Part shown: one piece after another, positions 24,901 to 37,462 of the stretch
How the letters are laid out: every line of letters starts with the position of its first letter
How positions within the stretch are numbered: position 1 is the stretch's first letter
Assembly: GCA_964187785.1 (NCBI GenBank)
Contig: OZ076409.1
Coordinates: forward strand, 54,562,001-54,626,000
Length of the DNA stretch: 64,000 bases
DNA from: Amphiscolops sp. MND2022
Lineage: Eukaryota
Direction: 5' to 3'
Made by a program: the position numbers and the translations under genes
The notes under the pieces: generated by a model
Told to the model about the DNA's origin: nothing
The model's input: only the letters and a program-made list of their open reading frames with translations
Databases searched by the model: none

Positions 24901-27900
24901 GGCCGAGACTAAAGGGTCCCCCCTTTTGATTTTTTTTTCGGCACTGTGCGACTTTTTTCGAAAAAAATGTCTCAAAAGGGTCCCCCCTTTGAGTTTGTTA
25001 TTTTGCAACAGATGCATGTTTATAAATCAAAAAGGGTCCCCCTTTCTACATTTTTCGGTACTGTGCGACATTTTTCGAAAGAAAAATCAAGTTTTTTCCA
25101 AAAAAAATGTTTCGTGCTTTTTGAGCTTTAGATATAGGGCCGAATTTAGACGTTCTCGTCTTGTTTCTTCGGACTATAATCCTCACACTGATCGGTCCAC
25201 TTTTTAGAAACATTCCTGAAACCACCTAAGGCAAAGTCCGGCCAAAGCAAACTTAGTCCAAAGGGTTCCCCCTTTCATTTTTTTACTTTTTCAAGGAAAC
25301 CTACAAAACCGGACGTGCCTAAAGGGTCCCCTTTGGTTTTTTTCCGGCGCTGTGCGACTTGTTTTGAATTTTTTTTAATGTGTCCGAAGGGTCCCTCTTC
25401 GAGTTTTTTGATATTTTGCAACAGAATGTATGTTAATAAATCCAAAAGGGTCCCCCTTTTACATTTTTCGGCACTGCGGCATTTTTCGAAAGAAAAATCA
25501 AGTTTTTTCCAAAAAAATGTTTCGTGCTTTTTGAGCCTTAGATATAGTGTCGAATTAAGACGTTCTCGTCTTGTTTTCGTTCCCAGTTGGCGGAAAAGTG
25601 GTTTCTGAATCTTATCGAGCATGAAAGGCACCCTTTGGGGGTCTCGAAACAGTTTTCTGAGCTTTTCATAAATACGTCCTGCGCATATTTTGGAAACTTT
25701 GCTTAGATAAAGCGCCGACTTTAAACGTTCTCGTCTTGTTAGTCGGCGCATTTTCCTTTTACATTAAAATGCCCGACTCTTACAGTTACTGTTTTCTTCA
25801 GACTCACACTGATCGGTCCACTTTTTAGAGAAACTCCTGAGACCAATTCTCAGACAAACTCCTGAGGCCAATTCAGGCCAGCGGAAACTTAGTGCAAATT
25901 GTCCCCCTTTCATTTTTTACTTTTTAAACGTAACCTATCAAACCGGACGAGACTGAAAAGACCCCCTTTCACTTTTTTTTGGCATTGTGAGACTTTTTTC
26001 GAAAAGTTTTTCCTGTAAAGGGTCCCCTTTCAGTTTCTTCGATGTTTTGCGACAGAATGGGTGTTGAAAAATCCCAAAGGTCCCTCCTTTGGGTTTTTTT
26101 TCGCACTGAAACTTTTTTCGAAAGAAAAAGTCCGAAGTTTTTTCTCAAAGTGTTTTTTCCCAGTTGGGGAAAAAGTGGTTTCTGAGTCTTATTGAGCATG
26201 AAAGGCACCCTTTGGGTGCCCCGAAACATTTTTCTGAGCTTTTCACACGTCCTGTGCTTTTTTTGAAAACTTTGCGCTGTTTGAGCCTCAGATATAGCGC
26301 CGACTTTAGACGTTCTCGTCTTGTTAGTCGGCGCATTTTTCTTTTACGTTAAAATGCCCGACTCCTAGAGTGACCTTTTTTTCTTCAGACTCTCACTGAT
26401 CGGTCCACTTTTTAGAGAAACTCCAAAGGGTGTCCAAAGGGTCATCCCTGCGAGTTTTTTGATATTTTGCAACAAAATCAATGTTAAAAAATCCGAAAGG
26501 GTCCTCGCTTTTAGATTTTTCGGCACTTTGAGACTGTTCGAAATTCTCATTTTTGTGTAATATCAGGTTTGTCAAAATTTATCGAATATTGTTTTTCAAT
26601 ACTATCCGATTTTTCGACCTAATATCCGAAGTGAACCCCAATATCCAAATTTTTGACGTTTTATCCGAACTATATTGCGTTTTATTAAGGAGGAGGCGGA
26701 GGTTCGAAAACTAGTATTTCATATTTTAAAAACTGCGCTTTTTCAGCCTTAGAAATAGCTTCGACTTTAGACGTTCCCGTCTTGTTATAGAAAGCTTTTA
26801 TATGAAAATTACAGTCCGGCGACAAGGCTACAAAAATGATCGAGGGAGGTTTTTCTTCTGGCCTGTAGTTTTTGAGATATTGCTTAAAAATTCCAAAATT
26901 CCTCAAAATGCAATCTAATATAACTTGAAATTTTGTTTCGCTTTCTAAACAAAAAACATTTGAGCGACTTTTTATGCTGAGACTTTTTGTAAAACGAAAA
27001 TATTGAAATACATTGCGCTTTGAGAAGTCGTTAGCCAAATCAAGTGTCTTTTACTTTTCAATACCCCATGTATGCCTATGCACTGAATGAACTTCAAAAA
27101 TCAGCGGCAACTTTTAAATCCCAATAACCTTTATTGTATTCCAACAAGCAGGGAACGGCATAAGTCGGCGCCATATCTGAGGCTCAAAAATAGCAAAAGT
27201 ACTTCAACGTGTCTAGTATTCTTTTACAGTACCCGAAAAACCCAAAAGTTGGACCAAATTGGCGCGCCGGGGACCACTGGCGCGCTAAAAAGGGGGACCC
27301 TTTCGGATTTTTTAACATCCATTGTTGCAAAACATCAAAAAATAGAAGGGGACCCTTTTGAGAAAAAGTTTTTCGAAAAAGTCTCACAATGCCGAAAAAG
27401 GTGACCCTTTAGTCTCGCCCTGTATTGTATGTTACACGAAAAAAAAAGAAACAATTTTGGGTCAGTTCGTGTGGATTGAAAAAAAGAGTCACCATTATAG
27501 TCGCGTTTCACTTCATGAAGCGCCGACTAAAAATTTTTGGATTCGGTGTGTACAGGACTTAATTTTTCCGTAGTCTGCAAGTTCAGCTGTATATTCGAGG
27601 TTGCAGGTAGTCAACAAATTATTCATCAGTATTTTTTAAATTATATATTTTTCAACAATTTCTTTTTCCACGTTCCTGACTAGGTTGCAGTAGCGACTTT
27701 CTCGACTGAATTCCAAGTTCAAATGCTAGAAAAGCTCCTATTATTGAGGGATACAGATGCTTCTTCCATGCTGAAGTCGTCCTTCATCTGTATTTTGAAA
27801 CCTTGTCGCTCAGCGCTGTTCATAGTCTCTAAAATTGTTGCCTAGAATGTGTGAATCCTGCAAACTAATTTTCTTTTGTAAACATGTTTCTCCGAAATGT

Positions 27901-30900
27901 GACCTCCCGGTTAATAACTTTATTTGAGCCATTATGACACTGTTGTGAGTGTTGAATGTCATAACTGGTTTGTATCCATGATTTTTCTGTGCAAGCTAAC
28001 TGGTGCTGTTGTTACAGGCTTTATGAACAAAATATACCACCCAAATATAGACGAAGCGTAAGTAATACTTTCACTGTATTATGTCATTCTTTTGGCAATT
28101 GCATTTTCGGTTAAATAAAATTAGTCACTCTCAAGTTTGCATGCTCGTATGCTGAACGAATATCTAAGAAAATTTTGCAGCACATAACCTAGAGTTAGTT
28201 TTGAACATGTATGCTCTGTGCGCTCATTGGTATCAAGTTCCTTGGCATGAACTCTTAGTATGTTTGTTTCAGCTCTGGGACTGTATGTTTGGACGTTATT
28301 AATCAAACGTGGACTTCGATGTACGGTAAGTCGCTGAGTGCACAAGCAGAATGAAAATATTCAACTTAGTAATGTCTCGAAAATTGGCCTTATCGGCCGG
28401 AAGACTGTTGTCATTTCTTCAACATGGAATCATGTTTATGACATGAAGCATGACTTATAATTAAGTCGAGTGTCCTGAGGCAAAATGAGTACATTGATTA
28501 TCGGTTGTTTCATTTCAACGAATGTTTTCTTGGAAGTATCTTGAATGTCTCTTACATTTTTCTCTAAAACAATGTTTGAAACTTCGAATTTTTGCCGAAC
28601 ATATGCGATCGGTCACTGTTGGAAGTTTTAGCTCAAAGGCTGAAATTCGATTAATAAGTTATCTTGAAATGGAGTTTTTACCAGATTAGCTCACGAAAGA
28701 TTGGCTAAGAAAAGAAACATGCTTTCAGAGGATTCACAGTCTTTGATACCAATCAAGTAGCTGTCACTTAAAGCTGTGATCGAGTTATTTTGTTCTCCTT
28801 CGATATTTCAGACATGACACTTAGTTCACTGAAAGCTCGAACAATACGTTGACTCGACTGAGTTCAAATGCGTATGACAATCATGCTTTTGAATGCAGAT
28901 AACTTTGATGTGCATGAAAATACCATTTTTCTGAAACAGCTTTCTCGAACTATCAAACAAGCCTATTGCGATTGATTGAATGATCATTTTGAGGCAAGAG
29001 TTGGCACCACCAATCAAGCACATGCAAGATCATACAATACACTGTACGCTGTGGCTAGCTAGGAACATTTTGAGTATTTACCAACGCATTCGTTTTGCTT
29101 TCATTAAACCTTGGCTTTATGATGGTAGTTTCCAATAAGTTTTCATTTTTAGATTGAAGCTCGATGATATGCAGACTTTGATTGACTGAAGACTTATTGT
29201 TTACCGTATTATCATCATTGGTTCATTTGAAGCTTCTGAATATACGGCTTATCGAAGTGAACAATTCACTCCGTTCTATTTTTTCCGTGACGAGAATTTG
29301 AAAAAGGGAATAATTCCGATAGAATCTCTCCCAGATAACAGATCTTTCTTCATTTTTAAGTGGAATTAAAAGGGACCGTGCGAGGCGAAACTATGTTGGT
29401 CTGCAACGGGGATGATGGCCTAGAGTTCAAAGGGGCAATTTTATAACGGAAAGATGAGAAAGTGCCGAATCGCTGCAAGCTGCAGAGCCTCCTTGCGGTG
29501 TCAGTAACGGTCCCCGTATATATAAATACTGAAAACCTCAACAAGTGGAGGACAGATTTACAAGGCAAAAGTTCCCAGATAACAGATGGTGCTCCTTATA
29601 ACTTTTCAAGATAACGAGTTTTTTTATAGAATTGTGTTTTAGTTCCAAAAATACAAAGGAAATTGATTTGTCTTATTAGCACCTGCTTGTTGCAAATATT
29701 TGCCATTTGAAGCAATTTTTCATTTCTACAAATCACTGACATTTTTTGTACATTTAGTTTGCGGATTTTTTTGAAAAATGCGCACCGACAACGACAAAGA
29801 TAATTTAAAAACGTGAAAATATTTTTCAAAACGATCTTGCAATGTAAATTTTAGTTGGTCTCATAGTTTTGCAAGCGTGCATTCAGTTTTCCACCCCACA
29901 ATTTTGTCTTGAGAACCATTGCTTTAAAGCTTCCACTATGCAATATTTCTGCTCTTGGTACATTTTGACGATTTCAAAGGAGTAAAAGGTCATTTAGTAC
30001 AGGTGATTTTTAAAGTGTTCGATTATCCACAATTGGCTCATACAGTTTCAAATCTTCAAAGATGTCCTCTAATGTAAGCAGCAAATTCTGCTGAAAACCA
30101 GCTTATAAGTGATGGCGTGTTTTGAAAGAAACATGGTAAGCCCCTATGATTTTTCTTTATCAATCACTACAAAATCTCATCTTATATAATTTTTCACGGA
30201 TGAATTTGGAAAGTTTCTCAACAATGTTTTGAGGAAAACTCCTTATGAACGTTTTTTCAAATTAAAAAATTCAATTCAGTTTGGGTCCTTTTCTGTTGCC
30301 TCAGAAAAATACACGAACACCTTTAATTTTAATTTCAAGGTGGCAGTTTAGGATTCAAATACATAAACGCTGTTCACGCTATTTTCCCCTATGAAGTCAG
30401 TCATTTTTGATTAGGAAATCAACAGCTTCCTGTTTCGGTCGGTTGGGCGACAATTCGTCCCAAATTCCAAAAAGCGACAATTCGTCCCAAGTGTCAATTC
30501 GTCTTATTTTGAAAAGGCGACAATTCGTCCCATTTTTAGAAAGCGACAACTCGTCCCAAATTGTTTAATTGATCAGCTAATTACCAACCTTTTGAAGGTT
30601 GAAACGAAAGAAATAATCAAACCAACCACAAATGAATTCATTCAACCACGTGAAAATAATTAGAAAATGTTGCATTTTAACGTATTAGTCGTGGAATGTT
30701 AAAATTAATTGTTGGCACCTTCCTCTAATTGTAATATTTCCGGATTCATTATTACAAAGGTCTTTATTGGCAATTAAATTGGGGACAAATTGCAGCTTTT
30801 AATAATTGGGACGAATTTTCGCCTTTTCAAAATGGGACGAATTGTCGCTTTTTGGAATTTGGGACGAATTGTCGCTTGGGACGAATTGTCGCTTGGGACG

Positions 30901-33242
30901 AATTGTCGCTTTACGGTCTTGGTCACAAAAAACAGTTGATTCGAACATAATCACAGTTAAAGTGAGTGAACAATGTTTTGTTCAAACGAAAAGCTATTCC
31001 AATAGAAGTTAACAGGGGGGGTGTGACAGAAAATTTTTTGTCATTAATCAGAGCTGTTTTTCATCCAGATCTGTCCAATATCTTTGAAGTCTTTCTTCCT
31101 CATCTGCTGACGTACCCCAACGCACAAGACCCTCTCAACGGGGACGCAGCCGCTCTCTACCTCCACAAACCAGAAGAGTTCCGATCAAAAGTCAGAGGTT
31201 CGTCATGCAACACATTCTACCCTTTTTCTATCTGCACTCTTAATGTAATAATTTAAGATAACCTTGAGGTGCTGCTGCATTCAGTAATGAGATGTCAATC
31301 AAATTTACATTACTTGTCAAGTCTCAGGCACAATGAAATCTTGCAAAATGCCAATGATTGAAAAATACATAACAGCATTCCCAAATTGATGCAGAAATAT
31401 CACGATAAACGGATATTCAACCATCAGGTAGAGATACGGGGGATGAATAAAAAACTGTGGGTTTCTAATTTTAAAGCTAGTTTATTCGGTGATAAGTTCC
31501 AATTCTCTTGCATGCACTTCAATGCTTTTTCTCCTGCACATCAGAAGATCGCTTCAAGCTCTTTCTGTGGAATGCTCATCTAAAGTTGATTTGAATTATG
31601 CCGTCACGGTCAAGATACACTATGATAAAAAAAAGCTAAAAACTGATTCGCACCTGAAAATTTCAAAGCGCTATAATCGGATATGCATTCGACTAAAAAG
31701 TCTCAGGAGCAAAGTTTTCTCAGATTTGAAACAGCATATTGTTTTGAATTCGAATCAAAAGCAAAAATCATATCACATGGTTTTTAAAGGAATTTTAGAT
31801 TTTTTAAGTGTCAATGTTACCAGGTTTGCCTCCGGCGATCTTCACGAAATGCTAAATTTTTTAAAGAGGCGCAAAGTTTTAAGATTATGCTCAGGACTTT
31901 CCAAGGAAAATCTCATAAATATGAGAAAAATGTCCAAAGGGCGCCTTTGGTGCTCGGCAAACGTGTTTTTTTTTTCATTGAAAACCTCAAAATTGGTGCA
32001 AATTATTTTTTGAACAATTTTGAACAAAAGTCGCACAGTGCCCAAAACCCTAAGGCGGGACCCTTCAGTCCCATAAAGTTTCGATGAGACGGTAAATACT
32101 TTGTAAAACTCAAAGGGAGAACTCTTTAGGTTCCTTGAGTACCCTTTAGCCTCTTTGGGTATGCTTTATCCCCTTTGCGTACTCTTTGGTCTCTTGGGGT
32201 TCTTTGAAACTTGGTCGTAAAGTCTGTAAAAGCTGGACCATTCACTTTGAGGTCTGTGGTCTCAAGAAAGAATGCCACTGTAAGAGTCGGTCATTTTTTG
32301 TAACAAAAAGCACCGACTAAAATTACCTCCTACGTTGTTCACCAAAAATAGTATTATCGCTTTTCTCTCTTAGCAGTAGACGAGCTAAATTTTACGTGAA
32401 AGAGGAGATCGTATGCTGACTTAAATAAATGTTGGCTCTTATAGCTTTTGAAGAGGTGAAGGTAAAAGTTCACCTTACTTGTAGCGTTATCTTTTTCCCA
32501 AGTGTACAGGACCATGCCCTCAATTCAAGGAACAATGCCTATAGTCTCAGGTTTGTTGAGTCTCAGGTCATAGTTTGAGTGAAACTTATTGGTTTGTAAT
32601 TTTGCAAAAATCGAAATTGTCTTCAGAAATCTACATTGAAAGGTCCCAAAATTTTTATGAACTTGGATTTTTCCCCAAAAATTGTAGTGATATACTTCTT
32701 TAAAATGTGGGGATTTTTTGTAGTTGCAGAAATCTAGTTGATCCTTTATTGATCCCTACGTGTAACGCCAAATCACACAGTGTTACGGGCAAAACACGTA
32801 ACGCCTATTTAAAATAACGCGTTTTTATTGGCTGTTGTTAATCGAACTAGCAAGATCTTGCCAGTTCGTTTCGGCGTATGTATCGTAATATCGATTTTTG
32901 TCAAATGAATTTTCTAAGATTTATTGCGCTTTGAACTTCTCTGCCTTTAAAGTCAAGCGTCTAGTTTTTTGGTACCCTGCTGTAGCTATTACTCGCTTCG
33001 ATTAATAATTGTTCGAGCTCGATGGTTTTTTTGATAGTTTTTGTCGAATCTCTTGTGCAGTTTGTTGCATAGCAATGTCTATTAATCATGCTGTACATTA
33101 ATATCTCGCATGTTTTATAGACTATGTGCAGAGATATGCCACAGAATTGGCCCTAAGAGAACTCGAGGAAGCCAGTAGTAGCGACGAAAGTTCCATCTCA
33201 GATTTTTCTGAAGCCGACGAAACTGAAGACATGGAGTTATGA
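15853..33242 (+). CDS. UBE2H: Ubiquitin-conjugating enzyme E2 H (Ubc8), 7 exons, 183 aa
   Basis: Exons 15853-15905, 15973-16052, 16878-16952, 28018-28057, 28273-28325, 31069-31197, 33121-33242, all GT-AG, splice in frame (552 nt): [25 protein letters not shown]...[35 protein letters not shown]...[13 protein letters not shown]...[17 protein letters not shown] motif and catalytic Cys present. Confidence 0.97.
15973..16052 (+). CDS. UBE2H: UBE2H exon 2
   Basis: [26 protein letters not shown]; ttcag / gtgagt. Confidence 0.95.
16878..16952 (+). CDS. UBE2H: UBE2H exon 3
   Basis: [24 protein letters not shown]; tttag / gttagt. Confidence 0.95.
17655..17745 (-). repeat. tRNA-derived (SINE-head-like) segment inside a Helentron-like repeat
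   Basis: Minus strand has A-box-like tggtctagc and B-box ggttcgagtcc; no clean cloverleaf. Related fragment at 20805-20856. Confidence 0.45.
18230..19171 (+). repeat. 450-bp tandem duplication with 42-bp junction insert
   Basis: 18230-18679 matches 18722-19171 (identical ORFs at 18363 and 18855, offset 492). Confidence 0.95.
22700..23800 (-). pseudogene. Possible very old MULE-like transposase remnant in UBE2H intron 3
   Basis: Fragment [19 protein letters not shown] resembles the MULE FP..H..C..H...N motif; many stops. Confidence 0.25.
24060..26786 (-). repeat. Head-to-tail cluster of Helentron/DINE-like non-autonomous repeats
   Basis: Units run (minus strand) aacaagacgagaacgtctaaagtcggcg ... 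hairpin agtcgggcattt..aaatgcgccgactaa. Direct unit junctions cttgttagtcggcg near 25736 and 26320; terminal hairpin triplicated at 24461-24625. Confidence 0.7.
27143..27530 (+). repeat. Helentron/DINE-like repeat copy
   Basis: aacaagc..aagtcggcgccatatct start; cgccgactaa end with hairpin. Confidence 0.7.
28018..28057 (+). CDS. UBE2H: UBE2H exon 4
   Basis: [12 protein letters not shown]; tacag / gtaagt. Confidence 0.95.
28273..28325 (+). CDS. UBE2H: UBE2H exon 5 (catalytic Cys)
   Basis: [17 protein letters not shown]; ttcag / gtaagt. Confidence 0.95.
30441..30915. mobile_element. MULE-type MITE in UBE2H intron 5
   Basis: TIRs of repeated gcgacaattcgtccca / tgggacgaattgtcgc; imperfect 9-bp TSD gtttcggtc / gtcttggtc. 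Confidence 0.8.
31069..31197 (+). CDS. UBE2H: UBE2H exon 6
   Basis: [42 protein letters not shown]; tccag / gttcgt. Confidence 0.95.
33121..33242 (+). CDS. UBE2H: UBE2H exon 7 (acidic tail, stop)
   Basis: [39 protein letters not shown]; acceptor tatag. Confidence 0.93.
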
Positions 33243-36200
33243 CAATGGCCTTATTCAGTACTTCTTCTACTCATCTGCCAAGCCCTTGAAGCCTCCGTTA
33301 GTTAAGCACCCGACCTCACCAATGCTGCTTCTTCTACGAGTGTCAGGAGGAAACCCAGTCACGAAAAGGGTAGGGAGAGGCATGCAATCTACCCAGTTGC
33401 TAATGTGTTCTCCTCTCTTGTACGTAAGTAGACTAGAGAAATTGCAGCAACAAGTGAGTCGTTCCGGAGCATCCAGACCCAACTTTCCCGTTGTCTATTG
33501 TTCCTCCATTTTCCTAAATGACGTCATATTGAACTTGCTCTGAGCTGGCTTATGAGTCATAAGATTTGCCACCGCCTCATTTTACATGTTATTTAGTTAA
33601 TACTGTTATAATCACAATTTTAAACTGGTGCTTTACGATGGTCGCTGGGTTAGAATAACTAACGCCTTGAACTAATGAAATGGCCTGAAAAATTGCAAAA
33701 ATTTTGTGGTCTTAAGAAAACATGGCTATGCCTTCAAAAGTGACACACACATTAGTTATTAAAGGAAATGTGGCTGGATGTTATTTTAAATTGAGTTTAT
33801 TGCGTTTTTAACGGACACCAACTGCATAATCACGTGAAGCTTCCTTGATTTGTTTTCGTCCAGCCGATCACGTTTTCATTTCTTCAATTATCAACTTTTA
33901 AATAGAAGATCGGATTTTCTCAAGCATTCCTTGTGAAAATGTTTTGTGAGGGTTCTGAAAAAAAAGCATCAGCAAATCTTAATTCGGTATCATTTATCGC
34001 AATTCAAGAAAAAAAACAATTTGAAGCCGTTATGCAAAATCTTAAATAATTGGTTCTCAGTATTCCTCTTTTCAAAACTTTCTTGATCCATTGCAACTTT
34101 TTCGCTCGGTCATGTTATCAAAACACTATCTTGTGTGTTCTTGGAGTCGAGCTGTAGTGTGGTTTTTCAACACGGTGGAGTGAATTCAGTTCAACTTACA
34201 GAAATAGCCACGGCATCAAAGCCCCTTCGTTGTTGTTGTTGGACCCAGCGATACTTTCGGAATACAAACTAACTTGTTTATTCTATTCTTGAACTTTTGT
34301 CAATTGATACACAATGTTTTATACTTTCTGTATTAACTCCATGATGAAGCAGGTAGTAAGCTGTCCCCAAATAAAAATGCAAATTTTTCCTCTCCCGACC
34401 TCATTGAGGACTCTTCTCACAGTGCAGGATTTTTGTCTGGTTAAAGTTGCTCTTTATTTTCATGTTCGTTATAAGCGCGGATAACATTCAAGTTGACTAG
34501 TCTCATTACATTTAGTTCAGACCTACATTTAATAACTACGTGAAACGTGTATACTAAGTATCCTCAACATTTTGTAGTTATGTGTTGTGAAGATCGGCAT
34601 CAAACAATGCGTTTCGAGATATATATCCCATCACCAGGTATACGATAATCCTGAGATAAAAGCTAATCTGATATAGTATCGAAATGGAGAAATTGAGTTC
34701 GTTACAGCTGAAATGGATAACATCATAATACACAAGTGACATCGAACTAGAAATTTAATATCGTTTATTTTCTCATTGCCTAGGCAAAATCAACATTCCC
34801 GGATATATATTTTATGTTCTATGTCCAAACATGTTTCTTTTTTATCCCAGTCTCAGTTTGTGGATACAGTCTCATTTCACAATCAGTCAATGTACTTCTC
34901 TCAGACTGAAATGTAAATATTCGAGCAAATTTTAAGCTTTGAAAACAGCGAAACTGTGACTGAGACCAAGATCAGTGCGCCTTGATTTGTTTGTTTGAAG
35001 CAAAACGAACGCAAGAAAAATTGCAAAAAGTTTTGACTACTTTTCTGAAATTTTCAAATGGCTAAAATATAATTTCTGCGTGAGCTGGAATATTCAAACG
35101 CTCGCACTCAACTTTTCTTTGCCAAATGATTTTTACAAAATGTTTTCTCTTGGCTGTAGTCTGTCTAACTCAGCAGCTAGGGAAGCCCTTATATTTTTCA
35201 ATAATCGCCCACTGAGAGCTTCGCCTGCATTAAAATGCCATTGCAAAAGGCCAATATCACTTTCTAGTACTTCTTTTGTTCAAGTAAATCAATTTTATCC
35301 CAAAAACTTAGATGGAAACAGTAGATTTGAAAAGATATTTTTGCAGTTGCAGAAATGTAAGGGGTTAAGGGATCTAATTTTTTGAAAAATTATTTACTTT
35401 TTGTTCCTTGATTTCAGCTCTTTTACTGATATAACATCTAAGAGGCTACCAACTTGGAAAGTAAGACACTGCATTCTGGTGTGGAATTTTGTGGCCTATA
35501 AACATGTTTATTAATATTAAAGTGTAACAACTATGGTGCTGCTGTGCTATTAAATGACTGGACTGCTATTGCGTAATGAAGTACTCGATATTCCGAAATT
35601 TGTAAGCATTACCTTCTTGGCTGATTCATTTCATTTTGTCTCTTCAATCATTCTTACCTTCCTCCTTTCACCCTACGATACCACTGAAACCAATGGTACT
35701 CACTGCGATTACAGTGATATCGGTACTGATTTGAAGACTTGGATCGAAAAACAATATTAACAATAATAGCAATGAAAGTGCGAATTTGTACTATACATAC
35801 CTAATACATAAATGACGTAGAATAAATAGTTAGTTACTGCGTTGATTACAGACGTATTTAATGAAATGTTGTGTTTCATTCTTTTGTATTATTTGTTCCA
35901 TTCTTTCATTGATCGAACTGGTGACGGCCCAACAAAAACTGGCTATTACGAGGACGTGGGTTTTCCTGAGCCCTTCCATGCATCTTAAATTCACGCTTAA
36001 TGTTGCTTTCTTGCTAACTGCTTTCGAAAGGTGTGGTACTTATAATACAAATTATGAAGCGAAATATCTTTTCTTGACTTATCGAGGTTCAACTATACTA
36101 CGTTCTGGTTATGTCCGAAACCGTGTGTGACAAGACTGTTTCACAATTCCACGTAAGTTTCTGAAGATTCCTCGCTGCCTAGTCCACGATTTGGGCGCTA

Positions 36201-36527
36201 TTGTTTCCCGTCTTAAAGTGGAATGAGATGGAATATGGAAATTAGAGTGATGCAATATTTTGATGACAGCTCGACACTTAATTTTTCAAGCTCTACTGCT
36301 AGGGCATAGATGAGTTTGGTTGGAAGAATTGGAGTCATTCGATTTCATGACAAATATCAAGAGTTGCATCCTCGCTGGCTCCAAAAAGGGTGAGTGGCCA
36401 AGGCCACTAATACATCTCATTCATTCAAGTCACAAACTTCATCGTTCAAGATTTGGATGATTCGAGACCGTTTGGACAAGAGACGCTACGATGTTTTTCA
36501 TATATTCAGATAATGCGCTTTTAGTGA

Positions 36528-36915
36528 AACAAGCCGGGAACGGCCCAAGTCGGCGCCATATCTAAGGCTCAAAAAAACTCGAAAACCACTTTTTCTACAA
36601 CTGGAGACAACAAAAGCTCTCAAAAAACTAAAAATTGAGAAAAAAAATTTCCGAATTTTTTTTTGAATTTTTTTTGAATTTTTTTTCGAAGTTTCCGGTA
36701 AGTCGCATAGTGCCGAAAAATGTAAAAGGGGGGACGTTTTTTATCTCATGTTAGACGCTTTGGATGCGTTGAAAATGAAGTACTAAGTACATATGGTAAA
36801 AGTTGGTAAATCTGCATTAATTGCATTAATGCACAAAAAGTGGACGTTACGCGTTGAACTGACGAAAAAAAACGCCACTGTAAGAGTCGGAATTTTCTTC
36901 GAATACGCCGACTAA
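36528..36915 (+). repeat. Helentron/DINE-like repeat copy
   Basis: Same termini as the 27143 copy. Confidence 0.7.
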
Positions 36916-37462
36916 AAACACCTTCCAACTTTAATTCTTCAAGAAAGTAGCAGTATGGAGATATTTTGAACTAAAAGTTACTACAGGTGTGAAAACTAGA
37001 TTATGCAATAATGCATGCATTAAGAGTTCCATGGCACTTCGTAGAAAAGTAGGTTCCTTACCTTCGTCCTGGCAAGTTCCAAAATATAATCGAGGAAAAA
37101 ACGTCTTTAATTCGGTTAGAGCGTATTTTTCTTGTTTGATCAGAAATCTGTAACATAGTTCAGATTGAGAAGTCATGAAAATTCCAATTGGTCAAAGTCG
37201 AAACCCAGACTTTCCTGACTAAACCTAAGACATCTCACATACAAGATACACGATTTCGAGACTGCTTAGATGCACTTCTCCTCCCCGGGGAATATCCGAT
37301 CAACACATTGGAAAAGTTGAAAAAAGGGGGATGACCTTTGAGGCTGAGAAAATGCCTTTCCCTAACATCAAAAACGGTTCTAAGGGAAATATGCCGGATT
37401 CGAACTATCGTACGCCAGATTCGCACCCCAGTCGTCACGCACTGACACCCACACTGATAACT

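Noticed and set aside
24089..27573. Many 60-160 aa K/F-rich ORFs
   Set aside because: Translations of homopolymer-rich repeat units on both strands.
31489..32013. 174-aa ORF in UBE2H intron 6
   Set aside because: No recognisable motifs, AT-rich, runs into a repeat.
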